NCBI GenBank assembly: GCA_017501495.1
Contig: JAFVWV010000149.1
Coordinates: 1-59,612 of the forward strand
DNA: 59,612 nucleotides
Source: Bacteroidales bacterium
Lineage (GTDB): Bacteria > Bacteroidota > Bacteroidia > Bacteroidales > P3
Direction of reading: 5' to 3'
In this document: positions 29,778 to 38,540 of the stretch, piece by piece
How positions within the stretch are numbered: position 1 is the stretch's first letter
How the letters are laid out: each line of letters starts with the position of its first letter
Notes under the pieces: generated by a model
Databases searched by the model: none
What the model was told of the DNA's origin: nothing
What the model saw: only the letters and a program-made list of their open reading frames with translations
Made by a program: the position numbers and the translations under genes

Positions 29778-31520
29778 ATGATGAACTTCAATTTTATTAC
29801 AGTCCGATTAGGCAAAGATAGCATTCCTGACATTGAAAGGATTTGCTCGTCGGAGGTTGGCGTTCTGAATGATTCTTTCGCCATAAATGTGAAATGTACT
29901 CAGATTCCTGAAAATTATAATTCGGGAGATTATGCTTTTATTTGGTTGGGCTCAGACAACAATAAAGGAATGCCAACAAAATGGAAACAGGGATTTAAAG
30001 CAATAGGACGGGTTGGTACTATTATACGTGGTGCCAGTTATAATGAGACATCTGAAACCGCTATTAATATTGTCTACGTTTTTAATGACGCAATCAATCG
30101 TCTTGATTTTTTAAGGTCTGCACCTATTGAGTATTATTGGTGTTCAAACATGCCATTGATTGGAATTGACGATCATGCTAATCAAACGATAAGAAGTGTT
30201 AGTGGTTCATCTTTATGTGATATTCCCGCACTCTTTTGCTCAATAAATAGAATTTGTGACACCTTTAAAAGTGATATCTTAAAAATAGAACCTGGTTTTC
30301 TGCACCTTTTCTCTTTTTCAATACCAAAACCCAAAAACTTCCCTGATGCAAAATCAATAGTTGAAGTTAAACAACAGAATAATAAAAAGACAACTACAGG
30401 GAATACTTATCTACCCTACCTCGCCGCCTTGCGGACGAAGCCGTTTATGTTGCTGGCGGGTATTTCGGGAACGGGAAAGAGTAGGATTGTGAGGGAGATG
30501 GCAAAGGCTTGCTGGAAGGAGGGCGACCCGGAATATGGGAAGCCCCTCCCAAGGAACTTCTGCATGGTGCAGGTAAAGCCCAACTGGCACGACAGCAGCG
30601 AACTGATAGGCTATGTGTCGCGTCTGAACGGGGAGAAGTTCGTGGTGGGTCCGTTCCTACGTTTCCTGGCGGCGGCACTCAAAGAGCCCGATGTGCCTTA
30701 TTTCCTCTGCCTTGACGAGATGAACCTCGCCCCTGTGGAGCAATACTTCGCCGAATACCTCTCCGTCATTGAGAGCCGCAAACTGAACCCCGACGGTACC
30801 ATCACTACCGACCCCATCATCGAATATGAGAACACCGATGCCTACGGCAGCCTGATAGACCAACTGTTTGACACACCTGAGGAACGCAAAGCCTACAAGA
30901 CCGATGATGGCGGCAAGCGCCTCTCCATCCCACAGAACCTCTTCGTGGTGGGTACGGTGAATATGGACGAGACAACCTTCTCGTTCAGCCGTAAGGTGCT
31001 GGACCGCGCCATGACTATCGAGATGAATGAGGTGGACCTACACGGAGGTCTTGAGAAAGGCACCGGCAACGACATCGGCTATATAGGCAACAGTATCATC
31101 GGCGATGCCGCCGAGGGCTGCGATGTGTACGAGGACAACCGCGAGCTGTGCGACCAAGTGCTGGCCTACCTGGAGCAGGTGAACGCCATCCTAGAGGGCA
31201 CCCCCTTCAAGATAGCTTACCGCACCCGCAATGAATTCCTGATGTACGCCGTCAATCGCAAGGCTCTGGCCCCCGACAGCCAGCTGTGGCAGACCCTCGA
31301 CGAGATGACCTCTATGAAAATCCTCTCCCGCATCGAAGGCGACGAAGAGCGCACCAAGAAAGTCCTCGACGGCCTCAAAGCCCTGGTAGATGAGCAGATT
31401 GTGTCCGCCATCCCGCCCGCCGAAGAAGGCAATCCTGTGCAGAAAAGCATCTCCGCCGCCAAGATAGAAGAGATGCAGAAGAAACTCCAAGCCACAGGCT
31501 TCACCAGCTACTGGGCATAG
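29778..31520 (+). CDS. McrB/LlaJI.R1-like AAA+ GTPase restriction subunit. The AT-rich N-terminal domain presumably binds DNA, and the AAA+ domain is GC-rich.
   Basis: Walker A LLAGISGTGKSR, NWHDSSELIGY, Walker B FLCLDEMNLAP, VVGTVNMDETT and SRKVLDRAMTIE, all typical of the McrB AAA_5 family. Confidence 0.8.
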   Translation: MMNFNFITVRLGKDSIPDIERICSSEVGVLNDSFAINVKCTQIPENYNSGDYAFIWLGSDNNKGMPTKWKQGFKAIGRVGTIIRGASYNETSETAINIVYVFNDAINRLDFLRSAPIEYYWCSNMPLIGIDDHANQTIRSVSGSSLCDIPALFCSINRICDTFKSDILKIEPGFLHLFSFSIPKPKNFPDAKSIVEVKQQNNKKTTTGNTYLPYLAALRTKPFMLLAGISGTGKSRIVREMAKACWKEGDPEYGKPLPRNFCMVQVKPNWHDSSELIGYVSRLNGEKFVVGPFLRFLAAALKEPDVPYFLCLDEMNLAPVEQYFAEYLSVIESRKLNPDGTITTDPIIEYENTDAYGSLIDQLFDTPEERKAYKTDDGGKRLSIPQNLFVVGTVNMDETTFSFSRKVLDRAMTIEMNEVDLHGGLEKGTGNDIGYIGNSIIGDAAEGCDVYEDNRELCDQVLAYLEQVNAILEGTPFKIAYRTRNEFLMYAVNRKALAPDSQLWQTLDEMTSMKILSRIEGDEERTKKVLDGLKALVDEQIVSAIPPAEEGNPVQKSISAAKIEEMQKKLQATGFTSYWA

Positions 31521-31546
31521 AAAGTATATAATATGGATTTGTCATT

Positions 31547-32707
31547 ATGAATACTTATAATATACCGACGTTACCTCTACCTTACGACCTTGAGACCATT
31601 GCCGTCTTAAAGCAGGTAAACCGAGCAAACAAAAAGCTGGCTGAGTTGAAGGGCGTCGCACAAACTATTCCCAACGAGCAGATTCTTATCAGCAGCCTAA
31701 CCCTACAAGAATCCCGGGACAGTTCCTACGTGGAAAACATTGTCACTACGCATGACGAATTGTATCGTGCGGAATTGGAACCGACGTTGATTGAATTCAA
31801 TGCCGCAACCAAAGAGGTTTTGCACTACAGAGAAGCCATCAATGAAGGTTTCCGTCTTGTAAGAGACAAGAACATTCTCACGCTGAATCATATAAAACGC
31901 ATCCAAGAAATACTTGAAGAAAATAAAGCCGGATTCAGAAGTACACCTGGAACAAAGCTCAAGAGAGAATCCGATGATGCCATCGTATATGTTCCGCCTC
32001 AGGATCCGATGGAGGTGGAAAGATGCATGGTAAACCTGGAACAATTCATTAATGACATTGAGTTGAGCCCTGTCGACCCATTAATCAAAATGGCCATTAT
32101 CCACCATCAATTCGAAAGTATACATCCTTTCTACAACGGCAATGGGAGAACAGGTCGTATTGTAAATATATTATATCTCGTCATAAGCGGCTTGCTTGAC
32201 TTGCCAATCCTTTATCTAAGTCGATACATTACGCACAACAAAGGTGAGTACTATCGACTATTGCAAGCCATCAGAGACAAGAACATAGACAATGCGAAGG
32301 AATGGGAAGAATGGGTTTTGTTCATTCTCAAGGGTGTTGAATCAACTGCTGAAGACACGATAACCCTTGTAAAAAGTATTGGATCAATGATGGATGATTA
32401 CAAGAGGATTTTGAGACCGGCTTTCGGGAAAAAATATAGTCATGACCTTATAAACGGTTTGTTCTATCATCCCTATACCAAGATAGAACATGTGGAAAGA
32501 AATCTACAACTCTCACGACAGACAGCCTCAAAGTACCTTAACAAAATTGTATCATTGGGATTGCTTCACAAAGAAAAGATTGGAAAAGAGAACTACTACA
32601 TAAACACCAGATTGATGGATTTATTTGTCAGTTTCGGTGAATATGACGCTATCGTCCCCAATGAGAGTATAGAATCTGTTCATGTTAACGAAATCAAAAA
32701 AAATTAA
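31547..32707 (+). CDS. Fic-family protein (Fic_N, Fic core, C-terminal wHTH)
   Basis: Core motif HPFYNGNGRTGR at 32123-32158, inhibitory-helix motif SSYVEN (SxxxEN) at 31721-31738, and an AT-rich composition. Confidence 0.85.
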   Translation: MNTYNIPTLPLPYDLETIAVLKQVNRANKKLAELKGVAQTIPNEQILISSLTLQESRDSSYVENIVTTHDELYRAELEPTLIEFNAATKEVLHYREAINEGFRLVRDKNILTLNHIKRIQEILEENKAGFRSTPGTKLKRESDDAIVYVPPQDPMEVERCMVNLEQFINDIELSPVDPLIKMAIIHHQFESIHPFYNGNGRTGRIVNILYLVISGLLDLPILYLSRYITHNKGEYYRLLQAIRDKNIDNAKEWEEWVLFILKGVESTAEDTITLVKSIGSMMDDYKRILRPAFGKKYSHDLINGLFYHPYTKIEHVERNLQLSRQTASKYLNKIVSLGLLHKEKIGKENYYINTRLMDLFVSFGEYDAIVPNESIESVHVNEIKKN

Positions 32708-32747
32708 CATGAGATGCATGGTCATGTTAAGAAATTTCATTTTTTTT
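32704..32747 (+). terminator. Possible terminator after fic
   Basis: Stem ttaacatga / tcatgttaa, then gaaatttca and a T8 run. The T-run is not adjacent to the stem. Confidence 0.4.
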
Positions 32748-32805
32748 AACACGTTATTATTGTCAAGTTGATTTTTTGAAAAAAACTTAACACGAGAATT
32801 ATTAC

Positions 32806-34938
32806 ATGGACCTCCTGCGCATCACACACGACGATTTCTTCCTGACGGTGGAAAGTACCCAGTTCCAACGAATGTGGGACAAGGGGAGTCGCATCCTCGG
32901 CAGGGAGAAGTTGACCTCCTCATATCATTGGGGTGAGGGGGTACAGAAAGTGGTGCTGGTGAAAGGGGATGTTGAATGTGAGATTGTGCAGGACAATACC
33001 GAGACACCCGCTGTATTCTTCGAACAGACGGACTACAGCGTGTGGGTGGATTTTACCAATTCCAAGGTGACAAAAGCATGGTTCGACAGCCCAAGGAAGG
33101 ATGTCAACGACCGCTTCTCTTGGAAAGGGAGCAAGCAGATGTTGGCAGGATTCCTGAACTACGGTAACGAAATTGGCCGTGCCGACATGCCGATATGCTA
33201 CACCGTGAACGGAGTGCAGAAAAAATTTGTTTTCTCCTACGATGTCATCTCAGCCAAGTTGGACTATCATCAAGACTGGAAGATTATCCTGCAGGACATC
33301 GAGGAGGAGTACCGCATGCTGTCGCTGGACTACCTGCGGCGCACCTATCACGGCATCAAGGAAGAGCATGGCGAGAGTTACGACATCATTTGGTGGAATA
33401 TCTTCGGCGGGCTGCAAGAGCAGTTCCTGCGTACCGTCCATAACATCATCGACCGGCCACGTCATCGGCTGAAATCCATCGAGACCTACAAACGGGCCGA
33501 CCAGATACGCCGCCTCACACCGCAACTGGAGCAACAACTGGCCGAGCACCGCATGGAAGAGACCCGCCTGTACCGCGTAGAGGAGCAGCAGAACACCTAT
33601 AATACCCCAGAAAACCGTTTCCTGAAGCATGCCCTGCTGACGGTTCAAAAACGCTATTCTGCCCTCGCAGAGAGAGTTCTCCTGCAGGACACCCGTATGG
33701 CCGACACCCACCGGGACAGGATAGCCCACACCCGTGACGAGCTGAACCGCCTGTTGCGACACCCCTTCTTCCGTACCGTGGGACCATTTGACGGCATCAA
33801 GCAGGAGTCGCTCATCCTGCAGAAGGATGTAAATTACTCGAAAGTGTTCCGCATCTACACCATCCTGCAAAAGTCCTTCAGCCTCAACGACGGTCTCTAC
33901 CGCATGGAGACCAAGGACATAGCCACCCTGTACGAGATATGGTGTTTCATCCAGGTGGAGAAGGTGGTCAAAGAGCTGACTGGCGCAGAAGCCGAGCAGC
34001 ATAGCCGCACGGAGATGAGTGGTCTTTTCACCTACAGTCTTGGCAAAGGCGAACACTCGAAGATTATCTTCAAGAAAGACGATGTGACGCTGGCTGAGTT
34101 GGTTTACAATCCACGGCATAGTGACAAGGACGACGTGAAAGGTATTGGTGAGTTGGAGTCGAAGACCGTGCCGCAGAAACCCGACATCGTGTTGCAGCTC
34201 ACCAAGGACGATCTGCAGGAAGGCATGAAACTCACCTACCTCTTCGATGCCAAATACCGGTTGGAGAAAGATGGTGCGAACGATGTGCCCCCCGACGATG
34301 CCATCAACCAGATGCACCGCTACCGTGACGCTATCTACTATAACAGCAAACACCGGGACGAGAAGATAAAGAAAGAGGTCATCGGCGGCTACATCCTCTT
34401 CCCCGGCCAGATGGACGAACTCTCGCGCTTCCGTCGCAGCATCGACGAGGTGAATATCGGAGCTTTCCCTATGCGTCCCGGCGACAACCAGCACGAACTA
34501 TTGTCCGACTTCATCAAAGACCTACTGAACAAACACGCCGTGGAAATCGTCGAGCAAGTTATCCCGCAGAAAGGTACCTACCTGGAGATAAAGAACAGAG
34601 TCTTGGTTGGCGTAGTCAAGTCCGACAACCCTCAATATGAGAACTTCAAGGATGGCACCGCCTCCTTCTACTACTCTGGCGACACTTTTCCAACTACCAT
34701 CCCATTGGATGGCATAGATTATTTCGCACCATACATCCCCGACAAAGGAATACGTGACCTATATCTTGTGTCAGGCATCCACACCTCAACCAAGGCCAAG
34801 GGGGCTGATGACGACAAACTTCGTATCACCTTTGAGCTCAAATTTGCCCGTACTTTATTTACAGACTACAAAATAGTCCCCCTCCCGATACAACACACTT
34901 TCAACGACACCTCATTGGACAAACTAACTTTGGAGTGA
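32806..34938 (+). CDS. McrC/LlaJI.R2-like restriction subunit (DUF2357-like N-terminus plus PD-(D/E)xK nuclease)
   Basis: 710 aa. KPDIVLQL ... YLFDAKYR gives the D...(D/E)xK arrangement seen in McrC-type nucleases. It follows the McrB-like gene. Confidence 0.7.
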   Translation: MDLLRITHDDFFLTVESTQFQRMWDKGSRILGREKLTSSYHWGEGVQKVVLVKGDVECEIVQDNTETPAVFFEQTDYSVWVDFTNSKVTKAWFDSPRKDVNDRFSWKGSKQMLAGFLNYGNEIGRADMPICYTVNGVQKKFVFSYDVISAKLDYHQDWKIILQDIEEEYRMLSLDYLRRTYHGIKEEHGESYDIIWWNIFGGLQEQFLRTVHNIIDRPRHRLKSIETYKRADQIRRLTPQLEQQLAEHRMEETRLYRVEEQQNTYNTPENRFLKHALLTVQKRYSALAERVLLQDTRMADTHRDRIAHTRDELNRLLRHPFFRTVGPFDGIKQESLILQKDVNYSKVFRIYTILQKSFSLNDGLYRMETKDIATLYEIWCFIQVEKVVKELTGAEAEQHSRTEMSGLFTYSLGKGEHSKIIFKKDDVTLAELVYNPRHSDKDDVKGIGELESKTVPQKPDIVLQLTKDDLQEGMKLTYLFDAKYRLEKDGANDVPPDDAINQMHRYRDAIYYNSKHRDEKIKKEVIGGYILFPGQMDELSRFRRSIDEVNIGAFPMRPGDNQHELLSDFIKDLLNKHAVEIVEQVIPQKGTYLEIKNRVLVGVVKSDNPQYENFKDGTASFYYSGDTFPTTIPLDGIDYFAPYIPDKGIRDLYLVSGIHTSTKAKGADDDKLRITFELKFARTLFTDYKIVPLPIQHTFNDTSLDKLTLE

Positions 34939-34995
34939 CCAACTCACCATGGCACCCGAACAGCGGAACCGTCGCATGTAATTTCCGTAAGCCTT

Positions 34996-35367
34996 TTAAT
35001 CCTCTATTATCCACAGATATTCTTTCAGCGGGACTTTGCCGGAGGGGGTGAGGCGGATGCCTTCGGAGGTTAAGAGGGAGGCTTGGGCGAGGTAATGCGA
35101 GGCGAGGCGGCCGGAGGCGTTGACGACGCGATGGCAGGGGAGGTCGGCATCGGGGGCCCCACGCATGATGCGACCCACCAGACGGGAATGATTGGGCCAG
35201 CCACACAAGGCGGCGATACGGCCATAGGTGAGCACCCGTCCACGCGGTATCTGTCGGACGATGTCGTAGACCTCGGCACGAAGGGTGGCCTCGCTCGGCT
35301 GTGCTGCAACGTTTATCATGAACGAATAACGCAATGCGCTGCTAATTATTGTCTCTCCTTTTATCAT
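34996..35367 (-). CDS. MGMT-family (O6-alkylguanine transferase DNA-binding domain) protein
   Basis: 123 aa with RIPRGRVLTYGRIA and the active-site-like motif PCHRVVNASG. Confidence 0.8.
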   Translation of the reverse strand: MIKGETIISSALRYSFMINVAAQPSEATLRAEVYDIVRQIPRGRVLTYGRIAALCGWPNHSRLVGRIMRGAPDADLPCHRVVNASGRLASHYLAQASLLTSEGIRLTPSGKVPLKEYLWIIED

Positions 35368-35370
35368 ATA

Positions 35371-35680
35371 CTCCTGCTCGCGCTCCGCGCATCGCGAAAT
35401 CTCGTAGATCTTGTAGATTATTCCGCCTGCGGCGAGGACGCAAGGCGAAACAATATATAAGATTTATGGATCTCTGCCCATCAGGGTTAGGCGATTAATT
35501 CTCCTGCTCGCGCTATGCGCTTGCAAGATCTTGTAGATCTTGTAGATTATTTCGCCTGCGGCGGGGCGCAAGGCGAAACGATATATAAGATTTATAGATC
35601 TCTTCCCGCAGGGCTTGGCGATTAATTCTTCTGCTCACGCTCCGCGCATCGCGAAATCCCGCAGATCTTGTAGATTAAGA
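35371..35680. repeat. Tandem repeat, about 2.4 copies of a 127-130 bp unit
   Basis: Units start at 35371, 35501 and 35628 (ctcctgctcgcgct...). Each contains agatcttgtagatta sub-repeats and an imperfect hairpin cgcctgcgg..cgcaaggcg. Confidence 0.9.
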
Positions 35681-35766
35681 GAAAAATTATTTGGCCATTC
35701 CGGCGAAAAGTGTTACTTTTGCAATCAAAATGACGAGACAACGAACGGAAACTACAGAATCATCCT

Positions 35767-36597
35767 ATGAAGCAAAATAGAATCAAAATCTGGCTGCTCG
35801 TCGCGCTACTGGTGCTGGCGGGAACGACGGCTCTGGCGGCATGCAGCGACAAGGAGGACACCCTTGCGGGGAGGCCCACCATTGAGCGCATCGAGCGGCG
35901 GGGCACGCTGCTGGTCGGCACCACGGGCGACTACCGACCGTTGTCGTTCCGCGAGCCGGAGACGGGCGAGTACTGGGGCTTCGCCATCGAGTTGGCCGAG
36001 TCCATGGCCAAGCGGATGGGCGTGGCGGTGGAGTTCGTACCCACCTCGTGGCCCACGCTGACCGCCGACGTGCAGGCCGAGCCACAGCTGTTCGACATGG
36101 CCATGGGCGGCATCACCATCACCGAAACGCGCTGCGCCACAATGCTGATGAGCGAAGGCTACCTGGCCAACGGCAAGACCATCCTCTGCCGCACGGAGGA
36201 CACCGTCCGATTCCGCTCGCTCGAGGACATCGACCGGCCGGAGGTGCGCGTGATGGTCAACCCCGGCGGCCTCAACGAGCAGTTCGCCCGCCAATACCTC
36301 ACCCACGCCACCCTTATCGTTCACCCCAACAACGAGGAGATACCCTCGCTCATCGCTGATGGCGAAGCCGACGTGATGATCACCGAGATAACGGAAGCCC
36401 CCTACTATGTGCAGAGCGACCCGCGCCTGGCGGCGCCCCTGCTCGACGCGCCCTTCACCCACGGCGAGATCGGCGTGCTGATGCGACAGGGGCAGGACGA
36501 CCTGCTGGCCCTCGTCAACAGCATCATCCGCCAGATGAAGTCCGACGGCACCCTCCGTCAACTGACCGAGAAGTACGGATTGGTGTACGCCTACTGA
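35767..36597 (+). CDS. Periplasmic solute-binding protein, family 3 (amino-acid-binding / cyclohexadienyl dehydratase-like)
   Basis: Lipoprotein signal LAACSDK, LLVGTTGDYRPLSF and MAMGGITIT are typical of SBP_bac_3. -7 box tacttttg at about 35713. Confidence 0.7.
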   Translation: MKQNRIKIWLLVALLVLAGTTALAACSDKEDTLAGRPTIERIERRGTLLVGTTGDYRPLSFREPETGEYWGFAIELAESMAKRMGVAVEFVPTSWPTLTADVQAEPQLFDMAMGGITITETRCATMLMSEGYLANGKTILCRTEDTVRFRSLEDIDRPEVRVMVNPGGLNEQFARQYLTHATLIVHPNNEEIPSLIADGEADVMITEITEAPYYVQSDPRLAAPLLDAPFTHGEIGVLMRQGQDDLLALVNSIIRQMKSDGTLRQLTEKYGLVYAY

Positions 36598-36636
36598 AAA
36601 ACAGAAACCAAGACCCACAGAATACCGCAACACCCT

Positions 36637-37182
36637 ATGACCGACACCATGACACCCGAGCAGCGGCACCGCTGCATGTCGCACATACGCAGCAAGGCCA
36701 CGAGGCCGGAACTGCTGGTGCGGCGGTGGCTGTGGAGCCACGGGTATCGGTATCGGCTGAACGTCAAGAGTGTCCCCGGCAAGCCGGACATCGTGCTGCG
36801 GCCCTACCGCACGGCGATATTCGTCAACGGGTGCTTCTGGCACGGACATGGTGTGCGTCCTCCGGCCGTACAAATTGAAAATTCAAAATTGAAAATTGAA
36901 AACTCCCCCTGCTGTAAGATTCCACAGACTAACCGCAACTTCTGGCTGGAGAAGATACGTCGCAACCAGGAGCGCGACCAGCGCAACTACACCCTGCTGC
37001 AGGACAACGGCTGGCAGGTCATCGTCGTCTGGGAGTGCCAACTGAAGCCCGACAAGATAGAGCGCACCATGCGCGAGGTGGAACTGGCGCTGAACAACAA
37101 CCTGCTGGCAATATATAAACACCATCCCCTCCCCTACTCCACCGACGAGGACGAACCCATGCCCATGGCGGCGGAGGATTGA
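36637..37182 (+). CDS. vsr: Very-short-patch repair endonuclease (Vsr) carrying an in-frame insertion of about 18 aa
   Basis: RSKATRPEL, PGKPDIVL, FVNGCFWHGH, NFWLEKIRRNQERD and VIVVWECQL. The segment VRPPAVQIENSKLKIENSP lies between GH and CC. Confidence 0.85.
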   Translation: MTDTMTPEQRHRCMSHIRSKATRPELLVRRWLWSHGYRYRLNVKSVPGKPDIVLRPYRTAIFVNGCFWHGHGVRPPAVQIENSKLKIENSPCCKIPQTNRNFWLEKIRRNQERDQRNYTLLQDNGWQVIVVWECQLKPDKIERTMREVELALNNNLLAIYKHHPLPYSTDEDEPMPMAAED

Positions 37183-37292
37183 ATTCCCTCGGCGCCGAAG
37201 CAGCAGGAATCACGAAGAACCTGTAGACTCCGACTGGAAGTCACCTCACGGCAGCATCACAATAAAAGGGGTGATGCCTCGTTATGTAATAC

Positions 37293-38117
37293 ATGGGTAA
37301 AATCAAAATATACTATTTCAGCCCTACGGAAGGAACCCTGCACGTGGCACAGCATCTGGGCGAACGGCTGGGGCAGCTGATAGATGCCCCGACAGAGTAC
37401 CACTCCTATACGCTGCCTCAGGAGCGCGAGGAACTTCCGACCTTCGAGACAGACGACATCGTCCTCTGGGCAACACCTGTCTATGCCGGACGCATACCCA
37501 ACAAAACGCTCGACTATGTGCGCCAGGCGCTTCACACACAAACACACAACAAATCCCTTGCCCTCGTCACATTCGGCAACCGCGCCTACGACAATGCGCT
37601 GGCGGAGCTGGTGGGTCTGATGCAAGACGGCGGCATGCAGACCGTGGGAGCTGTCGCCATGGTTACGCGACACGCCTTCAGCGACACCCTTGGTGCCGGA
37701 CGGCCAAACCATGAAGACCTCGCCGCCCTCGACCGCTTTGCCGTGCAGGTGGCGAAGAAGATACGCTCCGGCAATCCTACCGTAATACATATTCCCGGCG
37801 AAGCCCATCCTGATAAATACTACACCCCCCTGAAGACCAACAACGCCCCTGCCGGTTTCCTCAAAGCCAAGCCCTCGTGCGACAGCACCCGCTGCACCCG
37901 TTGCGGCCGCTGCCTTGAGGTATGCCCCATGGGGAGCATCACGAACACCGACGGAATGCCCGCCTTCGACGGCATCTGCATCAAATGTCAGGCCTGCCGC
38001 CGCAGCTGCCCCACAGGAGCCATCGCCTTCACCGACGAGGAATACCTCTCGCATGTAGCCATGATCGAGCGCACCTTTGCGATGCCCAAACAACCGGAGT
38101 TCTATGTGGCAGAATAA
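37293..38117 (+). CDS. Flavodoxin-like domain plus 2x[4Fe-4S] ferredoxin domain protein (EFR1-type)
   Basis: N-terminal flavodoxin-like fold (KIYYFSPTEGT), plus C-terminal CTRCGRCLEVCP and CIKCQACRRSCP. Confidence 0.7.
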   Translation: MGKIKIYYFSPTEGTLHVAQHLGERLGQLIDAPTEYHSYTLPQEREELPTFETDDIVLWATPVYAGRIPNKTLDYVRQALHTQTHNKSLALVTFGNRAYDNALAELVGLMQDGGMQTVGAVAMVTRHAFSDTLGAGRPNHEDLAALDRFAVQVAKKIRSGNPTVIHIPGEAHPDKYYTPLKTNNAPAGFLKAKPSCDSTRCTRCGRCLEVCPMGSITNTDGMPAFDGICIKCQACRRSCPTGAIAFTDEEYLSHVAMIERTFAMPKQPEFYVAE

Positions 38118-38140
38118 GAGACTTGCTCAACAATAGGAAC

Positions 38141-38533
38141 ATGATGGGAAAGACAATAGAAGTTGTAGCTGCAATCATCCACGACGGCCATGGCCGCATC
38201 TTCGCCACCCAGCGCGGCTATGGCGAATGGAAAGACTACTGGGAATTTCCCGGCGGGAAGATGGAGTCCGGCGAGACCCCCGAAGAGGCACTGCTGCGCG
38301 AGATATGGGAAGAACTGGAGACCAGAATTGCTGTGGAGAGGCTGGTGGAAACGGTGGAATGGGACTATCCGGCATTCCACCTCACCATGCACTGCTACCT
38401 CTGCCATGTGGAGAGCGGGCACTTGGAACTGAAGGAGCACGAGGCAGCGCGATGGCTCACCAACGCCGAGTTGGAGAGCGTCGAATGGCTGCCAGCCGAC
38501 TGGGAGCTGATAAAGACTCTCAAATCAATCTAA
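38141..38533 (+). CDS. NUDIX hydrolase (MutT-like 8-oxo-dGTP diphosphatase family)
   Basis: Nudix box GGKMESGETPEEALLREIWEELE. The start is taken at ATG 38141 within ORF 37922..38533. Confidence 0.85.
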   Translation: MMGKTIEVVAAIIHDGHGRIFATQRGYGEWKDYWEFPGGKMESGETPEEALLREIWEELETRIAVERLVETVEWDYPAFHLTMHCYLCHVESGHLELKEHEAARWLTNAELESVEWLPADWELIKTLKSI

Positions 38534-38540
38534 AAGACCG

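Noticed and set aside
23600-34940. Calling the AT-rich island a mobile element (ICE or genomic island integrated at tRNA-Arg).
   Set aside because: There is no integrase, transposase, relaxase or flanking direct repeat of the tRNA 3' end in the window. About 2.7 kb of GC-normal genes separates the tRNA from the island.
35371-35680. Possible CRISPR array.
   Set aside because: The units are about 128 bp and directly abut each other with no unique spacers. No cas genes are present in the window.
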